A DNA stretch of 63,593 nucleotides, filler included, from Licmophora abbreviata (lineage: Eukaryota): assembly GCA_900291995.1 (NCBI GenBank). It is 17 parts of 17 records of this genome, joined end to end, with 100 filler letters (N's around TTAATTAATTAA, not from the genome) between each part and the next. Parts side by side here need not be neighbours in the genome. Positions count along the whole stretch, not along the records: positions 50,164 to 58,818 come from OLMU01004549.1; positions 58,919 to 61,964 come from OLMU01004550.1; positions 62,065 to 63,593 come from OLMU01004551.1; 14 more parts are not named here. One strand, given 5' to 3'. Made by a program: the position numbers and the translations under genes. Each line of letters begins with the position of its first letter. Positions within the stretch are counted from its first letter, which is position 1. This document shows, one piece after another, positions 50,686 to 62,153 of the stretch. The notes under the pieces were generated by a model that was given only the letters and a program-made list of their open reading frames with translations, ran no database searches and was not told the DNA's origin.

Positions 50686-51189
50686 ATGACACCGAATGAC
50701 CTTGTCCTGACCCCGATGGGCCTGCGTTTTCAGGGCCGCCGCTATCCCTGCTCGATTGGCTGGGGTGGGCTAAGTACTTGTAAACGCGAAGGAGATGGCG
50801 CTACCCCGGTTGGTGAGCACCGCATCGTGGGCCTTCTGTATCGTCCTGATCGCATGGCCCGGCCCGCCGATTGGGCGGTGCCGATCCGCCCATCGGACCT
50901 GTGGTGCGACGACCCCGCTCATGAGGATTACAACCTCATGATTCGAAAGCCTTTTTCCCATTCGCACGAGGTTCTGCACCGGGCCGACCCGCTCTATGAT
51001 CTGGTTTTAATCACCGATTGGAACTGGCCTTACGCCGAACGTGGCCGGGGATCATGCATCTTTTTGCACCAATGGCGCAGGCCACATTATCCGACAGCCG
51101 GGTGTATCGCCTTCCGGCGCGATCATCTTATTGAAATTGCATCGAAAATTCGATACGAGTCGCGGCTGGTCGTGCGTCCTCAGCCGTAA
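50686..51189 (+). CDS. L,D-transpeptidase (YkuD-like) family protein
   Basis: KREGDGATP, GSCIFLH, TAGCIA catalytic His/Cys. Confidence 0.87.
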   Translation: MTPNDLVLTPMGLRFQGRRYPCSIGWGGLSTCKREGDGATPVGEHRIVGLLYRPDRMARPADWAVPIRPSDLWCDDPAHEDYNLMIRKPFSHSHEVLHRADPLYDLVLITDWNWPYAERGRGSCIFLHQWRRPHYPTAGCIAFRRDHLIEIASKIRYESRLVVRPQP

Positions 51190-51833
51190 TCGCGTGCGCC
51201 GAAAATGGCGCTGCCGACCCTCACATGGGTCGCGCCAAGCGCAATCGCTTCCTCGAAATCGCTGCTCATTCCCATCGAAAGCCCCTGCAATCCGTTGCGC
51301 TCGGCGATCTTCGCCAGAAGCGCGAAATGCAGGCTGGGTTCCTCATCGACCGGCGGAATGCACATCAATCCTCGCACCGGAAGGTCCAACCCCTTGCAAT
51401 CATTGACGAATTTATCCGCATCCGCTGGTAGGACACCGGCTTTCTGATCCTCTTCGCCGGTATTGATCTGCAGGAAGATATCCGGGCAATGCCCTTCTTC
51501 TTGTGCGATCCGGGCAATCGTGCTGGCCAGCTTGGGCCGATCGACTGAATGGATCGTCTGGAACAGGTCAAACGCCTGCCGGGTCTTGTTGGTTTGCAGC
51601 GGCCCGATCAAATGCAGGTCAATCCCTTGAAAACGCTCGCGAAATTGCGGCCACTTTCCCGCAGCCTCCTGAACGCGGTTCTCCCCGAAACAGCGATGCC
51701 CCATCTCCAGCACCGCCTCCACCCGCTCATTGGGCTGCACCTTGGAAACCGCGATCAACGTCACGCTCCCCTCCCCGCGCCCCGCCTCGCGCTCGGCTTT
51801 GTGGATGCGGTTCCTGATGTCTTCGAGACTCAC
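51180..51833 (-). CDS. yggS: PLP homeostasis protein YggS
   Basis: LIAVSK, FGENRVQE, HLIGPLQTNK, GLMCIP, LSMGMS, VRVGSAIFG; GTG start after GGAGG. Confidence 0.95.
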   Translation of the reverse strand: MSLEDIRNRIHKAEREAGRGEGSVTLIAVSKVQPNERVEAVLEMGHRCFGENRVQEAAGKWPQFRERFQGIDLHLIGPLQTNKTRQAFDLFQTIHSVDRPKLASTIARIAQEEGHCPDIFLQINTGEEDQKAGVLPADADKFVNDCKGLDLPVRGLMCIPPVDEEPSLHFALLAKIAERNGLQGLSMGMSSDFEEAIALGATHVRVGSAIFGARDYG

Positions 51834-51979
51834 CTGCGGACCCTCCGGGCTGTTCCTACGCGGATCGCATCTTTGCCACAGCCCCATGCCGCAGCACAAT
51901 CCCCCGCCGCGGACCGATGCCGGATTTCAGTAAACTCCTTGCCCCACTGTCCGACCTTGGATAGTAGGAGAGAGAAACA

Positions 51980-52477
51980 ATGTCGGATCGCGTAATGACC
52001 AAGTCCCGCATCATCACTCTAGGCCTGTCACTCGGTTGTGCCGTAACACTGGTGGCATGTGATTCCATCAGGAACGAGGGGTTCCGCGATGAGGCGCTGA
52101 ATGTCGAAACCGGTCGTGACTATCAGACACAGCGGCGCCAAGACGGGTCTTTTCTCGATTTTTTCCGGAATGAGGGCGTGGGCGTCAACGTCAACCGCTT
52201 CCTCTGGACAGCGTCTCTCGACGTTCTGGATTTTCTTCCGGTCCAAACAGCGGATCCGTTTACCGGCATAATTTCAACAGGTTACGGCACACCGCCCGGC
52301 GGGGGGCAGTCCTATCGCGCAACGATCCTCATCAGCGACCCCGCCCTTGACGCCCGGTCGCTCAATGTGGCCCTGCAGACGCGCGGCGGCCCTGTGAACG
52401 CGGCCACACAACGCGCGGTCGAGGATGCTATCTCGGCGCGCGCCCGCCAGCTGCGCATCAACGCCGGGAATTTCTGA
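51980..52477 (+). CDS. DUF3576-family lipoprotein
   Basis: Lipobox LVAC; VNRFLWTASLDVLDFLP..ADPFTGII; start may be 51995. Confidence 0.82.
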   Translation: MSDRVMTKSRIITLGLSLGCAVTLVACDSIRNEGFRDEALNVETGRDYQTQRRQDGSFLDFFRNEGVGVNVNRFLWTASLDVLDFLPVQTADPFTGIISTGYGTPPGGGQSYRATILISDPALDARSLNVALQTRGGPVNAATQRAVEDAISARARQLRINAGNF

Positions 52478-52495
52478 CTTTCTGGCAAGGCGTAT

Positions 52496-53743
52496 TCAGA
52501 CCTTTGCGCCGCTCATGATGCTAGAGATCCAGTCAATCTGTCTTGGAAGGCAAATCGTGCGCAGATCATAATTCTGCACGATATGCGCCCGTGCCGCCTG
52601 ACCCATCCGCTTGCGGGCGTCGTCGTCTTCGAGCAGGGCGACCACCTCGGTGACGAGCCCCTCCCGATCAAAAAAGTCCACCAGCCGCGCGGTTTCGCCG
52701 TGGCTCAGCACCTCGCGCACGGGGGCCGTGTCGCTGGCCACGATGGCCGCTTCGCAGCTCATGGCTTCCAACAGGCTCCAGCTCAGGACGAACGGATAGG
52801 TCAGATAGACATGCACCGTGCTGATCTGCAGAAGGGTCGTGAACTGCTGATGCGGTATGCGGCCCAGAAAATGGACCCGCGCCCAATCCGTATCGGGGAT
52901 GTCTTTCCTCACCTCATCGATGAAGATCTGCTTCCAGGTCTGGCCATTTGGGGGGCGTGCCCCATAGCTGACCTCGTCTCCGCCCACGATCAGGACACGC
53001 AGTTTGGGCCGTTCCTTGAGCAAACGCGGCAAGGCGCGCATGAAGACATGATATCCGCGATAGGGTTCGAGATTGCGGTTCACGAAGGTGACGATTTCAT
53101 CCTGCTTCGTCAGATCGCCCGCGCCCTCGACGCTCAGGCAAACATCGGGGTCGGGACGCGACAGCTCCGTGTTCACCCCGTCATGCACCACGGTGATCCT
53201 GTCGCGGAATTCGGACGGAAAGGTATCTGCCTGAAACCGTGTCGGGCTGATCCCGGCATCGGCTATCGGGAAATGGATGTGATTGTTGAGGTTTTTCATG
53301 CGGATGCGCAAATGCGCCAGCTCAACATCCGCCGAGGTGAACTCGGGGTCGAAATCCACATGGGGGTGGTCCGACAGATGATAGAGCTCGCAATAAAGCC
53401 CGAGGCGCGCATCGGGCCACACATCGCGCAGGAACATCGATTCGCCCCAGCCGGGATGCGCGAGGATCAGATCGGGGGTAAATCCCTTGTCCCTGAGCTG
53501 CCGCGCCGCGTGATAGCAGGCTTCTGCCCGCGTGACCTTGGTGTCTAGATCCGTCAACCACGGGTGCACGGCCTGCGCCTTGCGCTTGGGTAGCGTGTAG
53601 GGCAGCACCCGGATGCCATTCCAGGTGGTCGCTTCCTTCACCCGCAGCGTAAGGGCCACGCACTGATGCCCCCGCGAGGCCAACAAGGGCGCCAGATGTT
53701 TGTATTGGCCGGGAAAGTTCTGATGGATGAACAGGATTTTCAT
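52496..53743 (-). CDS. Family 4 glycosyltransferase
   Basis: [40 protein letters not shown]. Confidence 0.9.
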   Translation of the reverse strand: MKILFIHQNFPGQYKHLAPLLASRGHQCVALTLRVKEATTWNGIRVLPYTLPKRKAQAVHPWLTDLDTKVTRAEACYHAARQLRDKGFTPDLILAHPGWGESMFLRDVWPDARLGLYCELYHLSDHPHVDFDPEFTSADVELAHLRIRMKNLNNHIHFPIADAGISPTRFQADTFPSEFRDRITVVHDGVNTELSRPDPDVCLSVEGAGDLTKQDEIVTFVNRNLEPYRGYHVFMRALPRLLKERPKLRVLIVGGDEVSYGARPPNGQTWKQIFIDEVRKDIPDTDWARVHFLGRIPHQQFTTLLQISTVHVYLTYPFVLSWSLLEAMSCEAAIVASDTAPVREVLSHGETARLVDFFDREGLVTEVVALLEDDDARKRMGQAARAHIVQNYDLRTICLPRQIDWISSIMSGAKV

Positions 53744-53896
53744 TGGGATGGACTGCCCGATACTCGTTTTGCCACCTTATATGCCCTGCCAAACCCCATG
53801 CAAAGGGGCGCGATTTTGCGCCTTGCCACTGGACCCGGCGGCGTGTGCGGCCTATCACGCGGAGCAACGCACCGGATGACCGAGGGACTGCAGCAC

Positions 53897-56458
53897 ATGT
53901 CGCGCTATTCTGCCGCCGAGATCGAAGCGAAATGGCAAGAGGCCTGGGACAAGGCGGAAATCTTCCGCGCCTCCCGCAGCGCCGACAAGCCCAAGTACTA
54001 CGTGCTCGAGATGTTCCCCTATCCGTCCGGGCGCATCCACATGGGCCATGTGCGCAACTACACGATGGGCGATGTGATTGCGCGCTACAAGCTGTCCACC
54101 GGCCATAACGTGCTGCATCCGATGGGCTGGGACGCTTTCGGGATGCCGGCAGAAAACGCGGCCATGGCGATCGGCGGGCATCCGAAGGACTGGACCTATT
54201 CCAACATTGCCGACATGCGCGCGCAGATGAAGCCGCTTGGCCTGAGCATCGACTGGAGCCGGGAATTCGCCACATGCGATCCCGAATATTATGGACAACA
54301 GCAGGCGCTGTTCCTCGATATGCTGGAAAAGGGGCTGGTCTATCGCAAGAACGCGGTGGTCAACTGGGATCCCGTGGACATGACCGTGCTGGCCAACGAG
54401 CAGGTCGAAAACGGTCGCGGCTGGCGTTCGGGGGCGCTGGTGGAACGGCGCGAACTGACCCAGTGGTTCTTCCGCATTTCGGACTTCGCCGAAGACCTCC
54501 TTGAGGCGCTGGACGAGCTGGACAACTGGCCCGCCAAGGTCAAGCTGATGCAGGCCAACTGGATCGGCCGGTCGCGCGGTTTGCAATTCGGCTTTTCGCT
54601 GGTCGATGCACACGAGGGGCATGACCGGATCGAAGTCTATACCACGCGGCCCGACACCCTGATGGGCGCCAGCTTCGTGGGCATTTCCCCGGATCATCCG
54701 CTGGCCCGTCAGCTTGAGAAGGACAACGCCGATCTGGCAGCCTTCAACGCCGAATGCCGCCGCATGGGCACCTCCGAGGAAGAGCTTGAGAAAGCCGAGA
54801 AAAAGGGCTTCGACACCGGGCTTCGGGTGCGTCACCCGTTTGACACGGCGTGGGAGCTGCCGGTTTACGTCGCCAATTTCATCCTGATGGATTATGGCAC
54901 GGGCGCGATCTTCGGTTGCCCGGCCCATGACCAGCGCGACCTTGATTTCGCCAACAAATACGGGTTGCCCGTCGCCTCGACCTTCGAGCCGGAAAAGCCG
55001 GACGATGATTTCAAGCGCCCCGAAGATGGCGGCGCGGCCTATGTCCCGCCGAAATCCGAAAAGGTAAGATATGTCAAAGGTTTCGCTGGCGATGATCTGC
55101 AGTCGGGCGAGGCGGCTGTCGACGCAGCGATCGACTTCTGCGAAGCCAATGGCGTGGGGCAGGGTGTCACCAAGTACCGGCTGCGCGATTGGGGTCTGAG
55201 CCGCCAGCGCTATTGGGGTTGCCCCATTCCGGTGATCCATTGCGAGGCTTGCGGCGTGGTGCCCGAGGCCAAGGAAAATCTGCCGATCCGCCTGCCCGAT
55301 GATGTGACGTTCGATCAGCCCGGCAATCCGCTGGACCGGCACCCGACATGGCGCGATTGCACCTGTCCCGCCTGTGGCGCTCCGGCCCGGCGCGAGACCG
55401 ACACGATGGACACCTTCGTGGACAGCTCGTGGTATTTCGCGCGCTTCACCGCGCCCCATGCCACGACGCCCACTGACATGGCCGAGGCCGAGTACTGGAT
55501 GAATGTCGACCAGTATATCGGCGGGATCGAGCATGCGATCCTGCATCTGCTGTATTCGCGCTTCTTCGCCCGCGCAATGCAGTTGACGGGCCATTTGCCC
55601 GCCAAGGCGATCGAGCCGTTCGATGCGCTGTTCACGCAAGGGATGGTGACCCATGAGATTTACCAGACCCGCGACGGTAATGGACGGCCCGTCTATCACC
55701 TTCCCGAAGATGTGGAGGGTGGCAAGCTGATCGCCACCGGCGAAGAGGTCGAGATCATTCCCTCGGCCAAGATGTCGAAATCCAAGAAGAACGTGGTTGA
55801 CCCCGTGACGATCATCCGTGCCTTCGGAGCAGATACCGCGCGCTGGTTCGTTCTGTCCGACAGCCCGCCCGAGCGGGACGTGGAATGGACCGCTGCAGGC
55901 GCCGAGGCGGCGTTCAGGCATCTGGCGCGCGTGCACCGGATCGTCACCGAGGCCGCTGCCAGCGATGCTGCGCCCAATAGCGAAGACGAGGCGCTGCTGC
56001 GCGAGATGCACAAGGCCATTCATGACGTGACGAGCGGGGTCGAGTCCTTCGGCTTCAATGCGGCGATCGCCCGGCTTTATGCCTTTACCAACACGCTTTC
56101 CAAATCTCAGGCGGGCGGCGATGCGCGGCGCGAGGCGGCCCGCGCTCTGGTGCAGCTCATGTCGCCGATGACCCCGCATTTGTCCGAAGAGCTTTGGTCG
56201 GTGCTGGGGGGCGAGGGGCTTGTGGCCAAGGCGGCCTGGCCACAGGCCGATGAGGCCATGCTGGTGGATGATACTGTCATCCTACCGATCCAGATCAACG
56301 GCAAGCGCCGGGCCGAAATCACCGTGCCCAAGGATATGGACAAGTCAGAGGTTGAAAAACAGGCGCTGGCGACGGATGCTGTCCGAAAGGCGCTGGATGG
56401 GGCCCAGCCCAAGAAAGTCATCGTTGTCCCCGGTCGGATCGTGAATGTCGTCGTTTGA
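53897..56458 (+). CDS. leuS: Leucine--tRNA ligase
   Basis: [19 protein letters not shown] editing domain, [15 protein letters not shown]. Confidence 0.98.
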   Translation: MSRYSAAEIEAKWQEAWDKAEIFRASRSADKPKYYVLEMFPYPSGRIHMGHVRNYTMGDVIARYKLSTGHNVLHPMGWDAFGMPAENAAMAIGGHPKDWTYSNIADMRAQMKPLGLSIDWSREFATCDPEYYGQQQALFLDMLEKGLVYRKNAVVNWDPVDMTVLANEQVENGRGWRSGALVERRELTQWFFRISDFAEDLLEALDELDNWPAKVKLMQANWIGRSRGLQFGFSLVDAHEGHDRIEVYTTRPDTLMGASFVGISPDHPLARQLEKDNADLAAFNAECRRMGTSEEELEKAEKKGFDTGLRVRHPFDTAWELPVYVANFILMDYGTGAIFGCPAHDQRDLDFANKYGLPVASTFEPEKPDDDFKRPEDGGAAYVPPKSEKVRYVKGFAGDDLQSGEAAVDAAIDFCEANGVGQGVTKYRLRDWGLSRQRYWGCPIPVIHCEACGVVPEAKENLPIRLPDDVTFDQPGNPLDRHPTWRDCTCPACGAPARRETDTMDTFVDSSWYFARFTAPHATTPTDMAEAEYWMNVDQYIGGIEHAILHLLYSRFFARAMQLTGHLPAKAIEPFDALFTQGMVTHEIYQTRDGNGRPVYHLPEDVEGGKLIATGEEVEIIPSAKMSKSKKNVVDPVTIIRAFGADTARWFVLSDSPPERDVEWTAAGAEAAFRHLARVHRIVTEAAASDAAPNSEDEALLREMHKAIHDVTSGVESFGFNAAIARLYAFTNTLSKSQAGGDARREAARALVQLMSPMTPHLSEELWSVLGGEGLVAKAAWPQADEAMLVDDTVILPIQINGKRRAEITVPKDMDKSEVEKQALATDAVRKALDGAQPKKVIVVPGRIVNVVV

Positions 56459-56951
56459 CCGCAGAAGATTTCTCGTCGGACCGCCAGCGCTCATCGCGGC
56501 GGCGGTTCTGTCGGGCTGTGGGTTCACCCCGGCTTATGGGCCGTCCGGTTCCGCGGGCAAGCTGCTCAATGCAGTAGAGGTCTCGGAGCCGAAGGGACGC
56601 GCCGGCTATTTGATGACGCGCGAGCTTGAAGACCGTTTGGGGCGGGCCGGTCAGCCGCGTTATGCGCTGATCTATGCGATTGAAGTGAGCGAAACGCCGG
56701 TGGCGATTTCGCGGCTCAACCTGATCACCCGCTACAACCTGCTGGGCAAGGTCACCTATGCGCTGAATGATCTGGCCACCGATCAGGTACTGACTTCGGG
56801 GACGGTCGATAATTTCACCAGTTTCGCGGCCTCCGACACCACCGTCGCGACCGAGGCCGCCCGCCGCGCCGCCGAAGAGCGCATCGTGGTTATCCTTTCG
56901 GATCAAGTGGTTGCACGTCTTGTCGCGGCGGCGGATAGCTTCGAGACATGA
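56445..56951 (+). CDS. lptE: LPS assembly lipoprotein LptE
   Basis: [10 protein letters not shown] lipobox; leuS-lptE-holA order. Confidence 0.88.
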   Translation: MSSFDRRRFLVGPPALIAAAVLSGCGFTPAYGPSGSAGKLLNAVEVSEPKGRAGYLMTRELEDRLGRAGQPRYALIYAIEVSETPVAISRLNLITRYNLLGKVTYALNDLATDQVLTSGTVDNFTSFAASDTTVATEAARRAAEERIVVILSDQVVARLVAAADSFET

Positions 56952-57973
56952 AGCTGACGGGGCGGGATGCGCCGGGCTATTTCGCGCGGCCCGAGGCGGG
57001 GCGGACGGGGCTGCTGATCCATGGGCCGGATGGGATGCGCGTGGCGCTCAGGCGGCAGGAGGTGATCGCGGCATTGATCGGGCCGCAGGGCGAGCAGGAG
57101 ATGCGCCTGACCCGTATTCCCGCAGCCGATCTGCGCAAGGACCCTGCCATGCTGCTTGATGCGGTCAAGGCACAGGGCTTTTTCCCGGGGCCTCGCGTTG
57201 CCTTTGTGGAGGATGCCAGCGAAACCGTGGCGCAGATCATCATTGATGCGTTGTCCGAATGGCGCGACGGGGATGCGCAGGTTGTGGTGACGGCGGGGCA
57301 GCTCAAGCCCGCCTCGAAATTGCGCAAGCTTTTCGAGGGGCATCCCAACGCCTATGCCGCCGCGATCTATGATGATCCGCCATCGCGCGCCGAGATCGAG
57401 GCCACGCTCAAGCGTGTCGGACTGACCAATATCGTCGGTGACGCGATGCGCGATCTGACGGCGCTGGCGCATGATCTCGATCCCGGTGATTTCAGGCAAA
57501 CCATGGAAAAAATTGGGCTTTTCAAGCTGGGTGATCCTGATCCGCTGTCGTCAGAGGATGTGGCGGCCTGTGCGCCCAGTTCCACCGAGGCCGAGCTTGA
57601 TGACATTCTGAACATCGTGGCCGAGGCACGCTCGGGCGAGATCGGGCCGATGATGAAGCGGCTCAGGGCGCAGGGGGTACAGCCGGTCACCTTGTGCATT
57701 TCGGCGACCCGGCATTTCCGAACGCTTTATGCCGCGGCTTCGGATCCCGGTGGGCCTGCGCAGGGTATCGGGCGGGTCAGGCCGCCGGTTTTCGGGCCGA
57801 GGCGCGACCGTATGGTGCGGCAGGCGCAGGGCTGGGGGGCGCAGAAACTTCAGGATGCGCTGGGCTATCTGACCGACACCGATCTGGAATTGCGCTCGGC
57901 GGGGCAGCACGCGCCGGCGATGGCGCTGGTGGAACGCACGCTGATCCGGTTGGCGATGATGGCGGCGCGGTGA
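56948..57973 (+). CDS. holA: DNA polymerase III delta subunit
   Basis: LLIHGPD, SKLRKLFE, RPPVF motifs; operon position. Confidence 0.9.
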   Translation: MKLTGRDAPGYFARPEAGRTGLLIHGPDGMRVALRRQEVIAALIGPQGEQEMRLTRIPAADLRKDPAMLLDAVKAQGFFPGPRVAFVEDASETVAQIIIDALSEWRDGDAQVVVTAGQLKPASKLRKLFEGHPNAYAAAIYDDPPSRAEIEATLKRVGLTNIVGDAMRDLTALAHDLDPGDFRQTMEKIGLFKLGDPDPLSSEDVAACAPSSTEAELDDILNIVAEARSGEIGPMMKRLRAQGVQPVTLCISATRHFRTLYAAASDPGGPAQGIGRVRPPVFGPRRDRMVRQAQGWGAQKLQDALGYLTDTDLELRSAGQHAPAMALVERTLIRLAMMAAR

Positions 57974-58023
57974 GTGCCGCGCCGAATCAGGGTTAACACA
58001 CGAAAATACAAGAAAAATACCCG

Positions 58024-58067
58024 TTCGGCATCGCGTCGGTATGACGTCGGTATCGCGTCGGTGCGGG
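58024..58067. repeat. 11-bp-period tandem repeat element, copy 2
   Basis: TTCGGCATCGC-GTCGGTATGAC-GTCGGTATCGC-GTCGGTGCGGG. Confidence 0.9.
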
Positions 58068-58165
58068 ATCGGTGAAAACCGCGGGTTACCACGCCGCGCG
58101 CTTGCCAAGGGGCCGGGGCTGCGCCAAGGTGCAGGACCCAGCCCGATCCCGAGAAAGGACATCGC

Positions 58166-58756
58166 ATGTATCAGGTCATCGGCACCCGCGCGAGCCGGGC
58201 GTTTCGCGTCTTGTGGCTTCTGGAAGAGATGGGCCAGCCCTATGAGCATGTCGCGGTTGCCCCGCGCAGCGAAGAGGCGCTGGCGGCCAACCCGTCGGGC
58301 AAGATCCCGGCGCTGCGCGACGGCGATGAGGTGCTGACCGATTCGACCGCGATCATGACCTATCTTGCGGACAAGCACGGCCAGTTCACCCATCCCGCCG
58401 GAACGATCGCACGCGCCAGACAGGACGCGCTGACGCATCAGATCCTCGACGATGTGGATGCGGTGCTCTGGACCGCCGCGCGCCACAGTTTCATCCTGCC
58501 CGAAGAGCACCGCGTGCCGCAGGTCAAGGAGCCGCTGAAATGGGAATATGCCCGCAATCTCGAACGGCTTTCGGCCGGGGTTCAGGGCCGGAGCTTCCTC
58601 ATGGGCGAGGAGATGCTGGTGCCGGACATCCTGTTGGCGCATTGCCTTTTGTGGGCCGGAAAGGCCAGATTCCCCGAGCCGGATGCGGTGCTGGCGGAGT
58701 ATGTTGCGCGCCTGACAGGCCGCGAGGCGTTCGCCCGGGCCGCAGCGCTGCCTTGA
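58166..58756 (+). CDS. Glutathione S-transferase family protein
   Basis: SRAFRVLWLLEE, NPSGKIPAL, LTDSTAIMTYL. Confidence 0.92.
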   Translation: MYQVIGTRASRAFRVLWLLEEMGQPYEHVAVAPRSEEALAANPSGKIPALRDGDEVLTDSTAIMTYLADKHGQFTHPAGTIARARQDALTHQILDDVDAVLWTAARHSFILPEEHRVPQVKEPLKWEYARNLERLSAGVQGRSFLMGEEMLVPDILLAHCLLWAGKARFPEPDAVLAEYVARLTGREAFARAAALP

Positions 58757-58766
58757 GAGGCTGCAC

Positions 58767-58818
58767 CGGGGGACGCTGTCCCCGGACCCCCTGGGATATT
58801 TTCGGCCAGAAGAAACCG
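58767..58818. repeat. Intergenic REP/MITE-like element, copy 2 (at contig end)
   Basis: CGGGGGACGCTGTCCCCGG then CCCCTGGGATATTTTCGGCCAGAAGAAACC. Confidence 0.7.
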
Positions 58819-58918
58819 NNNNNNNNNNNNNNNNNNNNNNNNNNNNNNNNNNNNNNNNNNNNTTAATTAATTAANNNNNNNNNNNNNNNNNNNNNNNNNN
58901 NNNNNNNNNNNNNNNNNN

Positions 58919-60006
58919 GTCGGCGCCTCCCAGACGAGCATTTCGCCGGCGGCGAAGGTGCCGGGGCGGCTCAGTAGCATCAGGTTCGCATCGAGCGCCT
59001 CGAAGCGCAGCCCGCCCGCGGTGGAGATCGCCTCGTCGATGGGGCGCGGACCGCTGTGGCGGATCGGCAGCGCCTTGAGAAGGGGTGCCAGATCGGCGGG
59101 CAGGGGGCGGCCGAATTCCATCAGCAGCGCCTGTTTGGCGGGATCGAGTTTCAGGGTCTTGCGCAGGTGGTTGGAGAGGCTTGCCTTGCCGCGCGGGCGC
59201 GAGAGGCGCTGGCGCAGCTGCTCTGCGGAGAGATCGGGTGCGAGATCGAGGGTCAGGGCGGCGCCCGCGCGCAGGGCTGCGGAGAGCGCATAGAGCCCGC
59301 CGCCTTCGAGGCCGGTGGCGGAGATCACGATTTCGCCGCGAGAGATCCGGTCCCCGGCGTGCAGGGCGATGCCCTTGAGGGGGCTGCCGAAATGGCGCGC
59401 CATCGGGTCGGACCAGTCGACGCAGAGCCCCATATTGGCGGGCGCGAACGGGGCCAGAAGGGGCGCGGGCAGGTGGGCGGCCCAAGCCCCGTCCGATCCA
59501 AGACGCGCCCAGCTTGCGCCGCCGCAGGCGAGGATCGTGACCTGAGGGGAGAGGCTTTGGCGCCCGTCGGGTGTGTCGAACAGCACGGCCCCGGCCGCAT
59601 CCCAGCCCTGCCAGCGCCAGCGCGTCACGATCCGCACCCCGAGGCGATCGAGCCGTGAGAGCCAAGCGCGCAAGAGCGGCGAGGCTTTCATCGCGACGGG
59701 AAAGACCCGGCCCGTGGAGCCGGTGAAGAGCGGCTGTCCGAGATCTTCGGCCCAATGGCGGATCTGATCGGGGCCGAACGCGTCCAGCATCGGGCACAGG
59801 GCGGGGGCCGCGGCGCCGAAGGCGGCGAGCACCTTGTCCATGGGGGCGTCATTGGTGAGGTTGAGGCCGGATTTCCCGGCCATCAGGAATTTGCGCGCAA
59901 CCGAGGGTTTGGCCTCGGCCAGGGTCACGGCATGGCCTGCGAGGGCCAGCTCCTGGGCCGCCATGAGACCTGCGGGCCCCGCACCGATGACCAGAGCGCC
60001 GGTCAT
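58919..60006 (-). CDS. HI0933/YhiN-like flavoprotein (TIGR03862 type); 3' end in gap
   Basis: VIGAGPAGL, RKFLMAGKSGLNLT, GGASWARLGSDG, AISTAGG, AGEM. Confidence 0.9.
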
Positions 60007-60121
60007 GGGGCGGGCGGGGTCCGTTTCCGGGGATTGTCGGGCTGCATGTCCCACCTCTTGCAAATGTCCGTCGCCGGTCCATCCTCTTGCCTGCAACATC
60101 GGCGAGGATCAAGGAAAAGCG

Positions 60122-60415
60122 ATGGATCATCCGGTTTGTCCGCTCTGTGAGAGGCCCATCCCGCCGGAGGCGAAACAAAGCCTGCATCACCTGATCCCCA
60201 AGCTGAAGGGCGGCAAGGGAGGGCCGACGGTTCTGTTGCACCAGATTTGCCATAACGAGATTCACGCCACGCTGACCGAGGCGGAGCTGGCGCGCGATCA
60301 TGCCACGATCGAGGCGCTGCGCGCACATCCGAGGCTCAGGCGCTTCATCGCCTGGGTGGCACGGCGTCCGCCGGCCTTTCATTCCAGAACTGCGGGCGGG
60401 CGGCGCAAGCGATGA
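60122..60415 (+). CDS. Small HNH endonuclease-like protein (97 aa)
   Basis: CPLC...HHLIPKLKGG...LHQICHNEIH. Confidence 0.82.
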   Translation: MDHPVCPLCERPIPPEAKQSLHHLIPKLKGGKGGPTVLLHQICHNEIHATLTEAELARDHATIEALRAHPRLRRFIAWVARRPPAFHSRTAGGRRKR

Positions 60416-60499
60416 GAGCGGTTTTGCAGCGCGGGTCTTGACCATTGGGCGCGGGCACGCACCATATGCAGCCGAGGGACATCAGGGAGAGGTCGACAG

Positions 60500-61882
60500 A
60501 TGCCGAACCGTCGGGAGGTGATTGCCGGGGCCGCCGGGCTGCCGTTGCTTGGGCTTGCACGCCGGGCCGGGGCGGCCGGGGCACCGATCTTGAGGGCGGC
60601 GCCGGAGAGGGTGCGGCTTGCGCCGGAGGCGTATCCCGAGACGGATGTCTGGGCCTATAACGGGCAGGTGCCGGGGCAAACGCTGCGCTATGAGCAGGGG
60701 CAGGTTCTGGAGGTCAGGCTGGAGAATGCGCTGCCCGAGCAGGACAGCACGATCCATTGGCACGGGCTGCGCCTGCCCAACGAAATGGACGGGGTGCCCG
60801 GGCTGACGCAGGCGCCGGTCAGGCCGGGAGAGGGGTTCGATTACCGCTTTGCTCTGAGGGATGCGGGGACGTTCTGGTATCATCCGCATGCCCATTCGGT
60901 CGAGCAGATCTCGCGCGGGTTGGCGGGGGTTCTGGTGGTGGATGAGCCCGAAGCGGCACGGCCCGATGTGGACGCCGACGAGGTGCTGGTGCTGGATGAC
61001 TGGCGGATGGCGAGCGATGCGGTGATCCGTGACGATTTCGGAGCCTGGCACGACATGTCGCATGCCGGACGGCTGGGCAATTACGTGACGGTCAATGCGC
61101 GGCCCGAGTATCGCCGCGAGGTGGCGCAGGGTGAGCGGCTGAGGCTGCGGCTGGTCAATACGGCGACGGCGCGGATCTTCACGCTGAGGTTCCGGGGGAT
61201 GCGGGTCTGGCTTGCGGCGCTGGACGGGATGCCGCTGGAGGCGCCGGGTGAGATCGAGGAGGTGGTGATTGCCCCGGCGCAGAGGGCCGATATTCTGGTC
61301 GATCTTTTGGCCGAGCCGGGGGAGGAGGCGCTGATCGCGTCGGTCGAGAGGGACGGGACCTATGCGCTGGCGGGGTTCGAGGTGACCGGGCCGGGGGGCG
61401 TGGCGCGCGAGGCGCCGGCCGCGCTTGTGCCCAACGATATGCCGTTGCTGGAGCCCGAGGGGGCACGCGCGGTGCCGCTCGTCATGGAGGGCGGCGCGAT
61501 GCGCGGCCTGCCCGAGGGCGCCGTCTGGCGCGGCAACAAGATGGAGATGCGCGCCTTGGCGGAGGCGGGGCAGTTCTGGGCGTTCAACGGCATGGCGGGG
61601 ATGGGCGAGGCGCCGTTGGTGGATGCGTTTCTGGGCGAGACGATCCGTATCCCGATGACGAACCGGACGGCGTTCAGCCATGCGATGCATCTGCACGGGA
61701 TGCATTTCCGGGAGGTGCGGGGCGATGGCCGTCTGGGGCCATGGCGCGATACCCTGCTGGTGGCGCCGGGGGAGGTGCGGGAGATCGCCTTTGTGGCCGA
61801 GACCCCCGGCGACTGGATGTTTCATTGTCACATGCCCAGTCACCAGATGTCGGGCATGATGAACTGGATCCGGGTGAGCTGA
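60500..61882 (+). CDS. Tat-exported multicopper oxidase
   Basis: NRREVI Tat signal; HWHG, WYHPH, HAMHLHG, HCHMPSHQMSGM. Confidence 0.94.
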   Translation: MPNRREVIAGAAGLPLLGLARRAGAAGAPILRAAPERVRLAPEAYPETDVWAYNGQVPGQTLRYEQGQVLEVRLENALPEQDSTIHWHGLRLPNEMDGVPGLTQAPVRPGEGFDYRFALRDAGTFWYHPHAHSVEQISRGLAGVLVVDEPEAARPDVDADEVLVLDDWRMASDAVIRDDFGAWHDMSHAGRLGNYVTVNARPEYRREVAQGERLRLRLVNTATARIFTLRFRGMRVWLAALDGMPLEAPGEIEEVVIAPAQRADILVDLLAEPGEEALIASVERDGTYALAGFEVTGPGGVAREAPAALVPNDMPLLEPEGARAVPLVMEGGAMRGLPEGAVWRGNKMEMRALAEAGQFWAFNGMAGMGEAPLVDAFLGETIRIPMTNRTAFSHAMHLHGMHFREVRGDGRLGPWRDTLLVAPGEVREIAFVAETPGDWMFHCHMPSHQMSGMMNWIRVS

Positions 61883-62153
61883 GGCGGCAGGCTGGCGCGG
61901 GCCGGTTTGCAAGCTGCATGAGTTTTGGGCAATCCGGTGGCCGGTGGGGGTTGCCGGGCGGGTGNNNNNNNNNNNNNNNNNNNNNNNNNNNNNNNNNNNN
62001 NNNNNNNNTTAATTAATTAANNNNNNNNNNNNNNNNNNNNNNNNNNNNNNNNNNNNNNNNNNNNGGGGGTTGCCGGGCGGGTGCGGGTTGTAACCGGGCG
62101 TCCCACCGCCCATAGTTGGCGCGATATCCGGGATCGGACACGTGATCTGAAAC

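Noticed and set aside
60122..60415. HNH gene as part of an anti-phage or restriction system
   Set aside because: No partner ATPase, methylase or defence-island context
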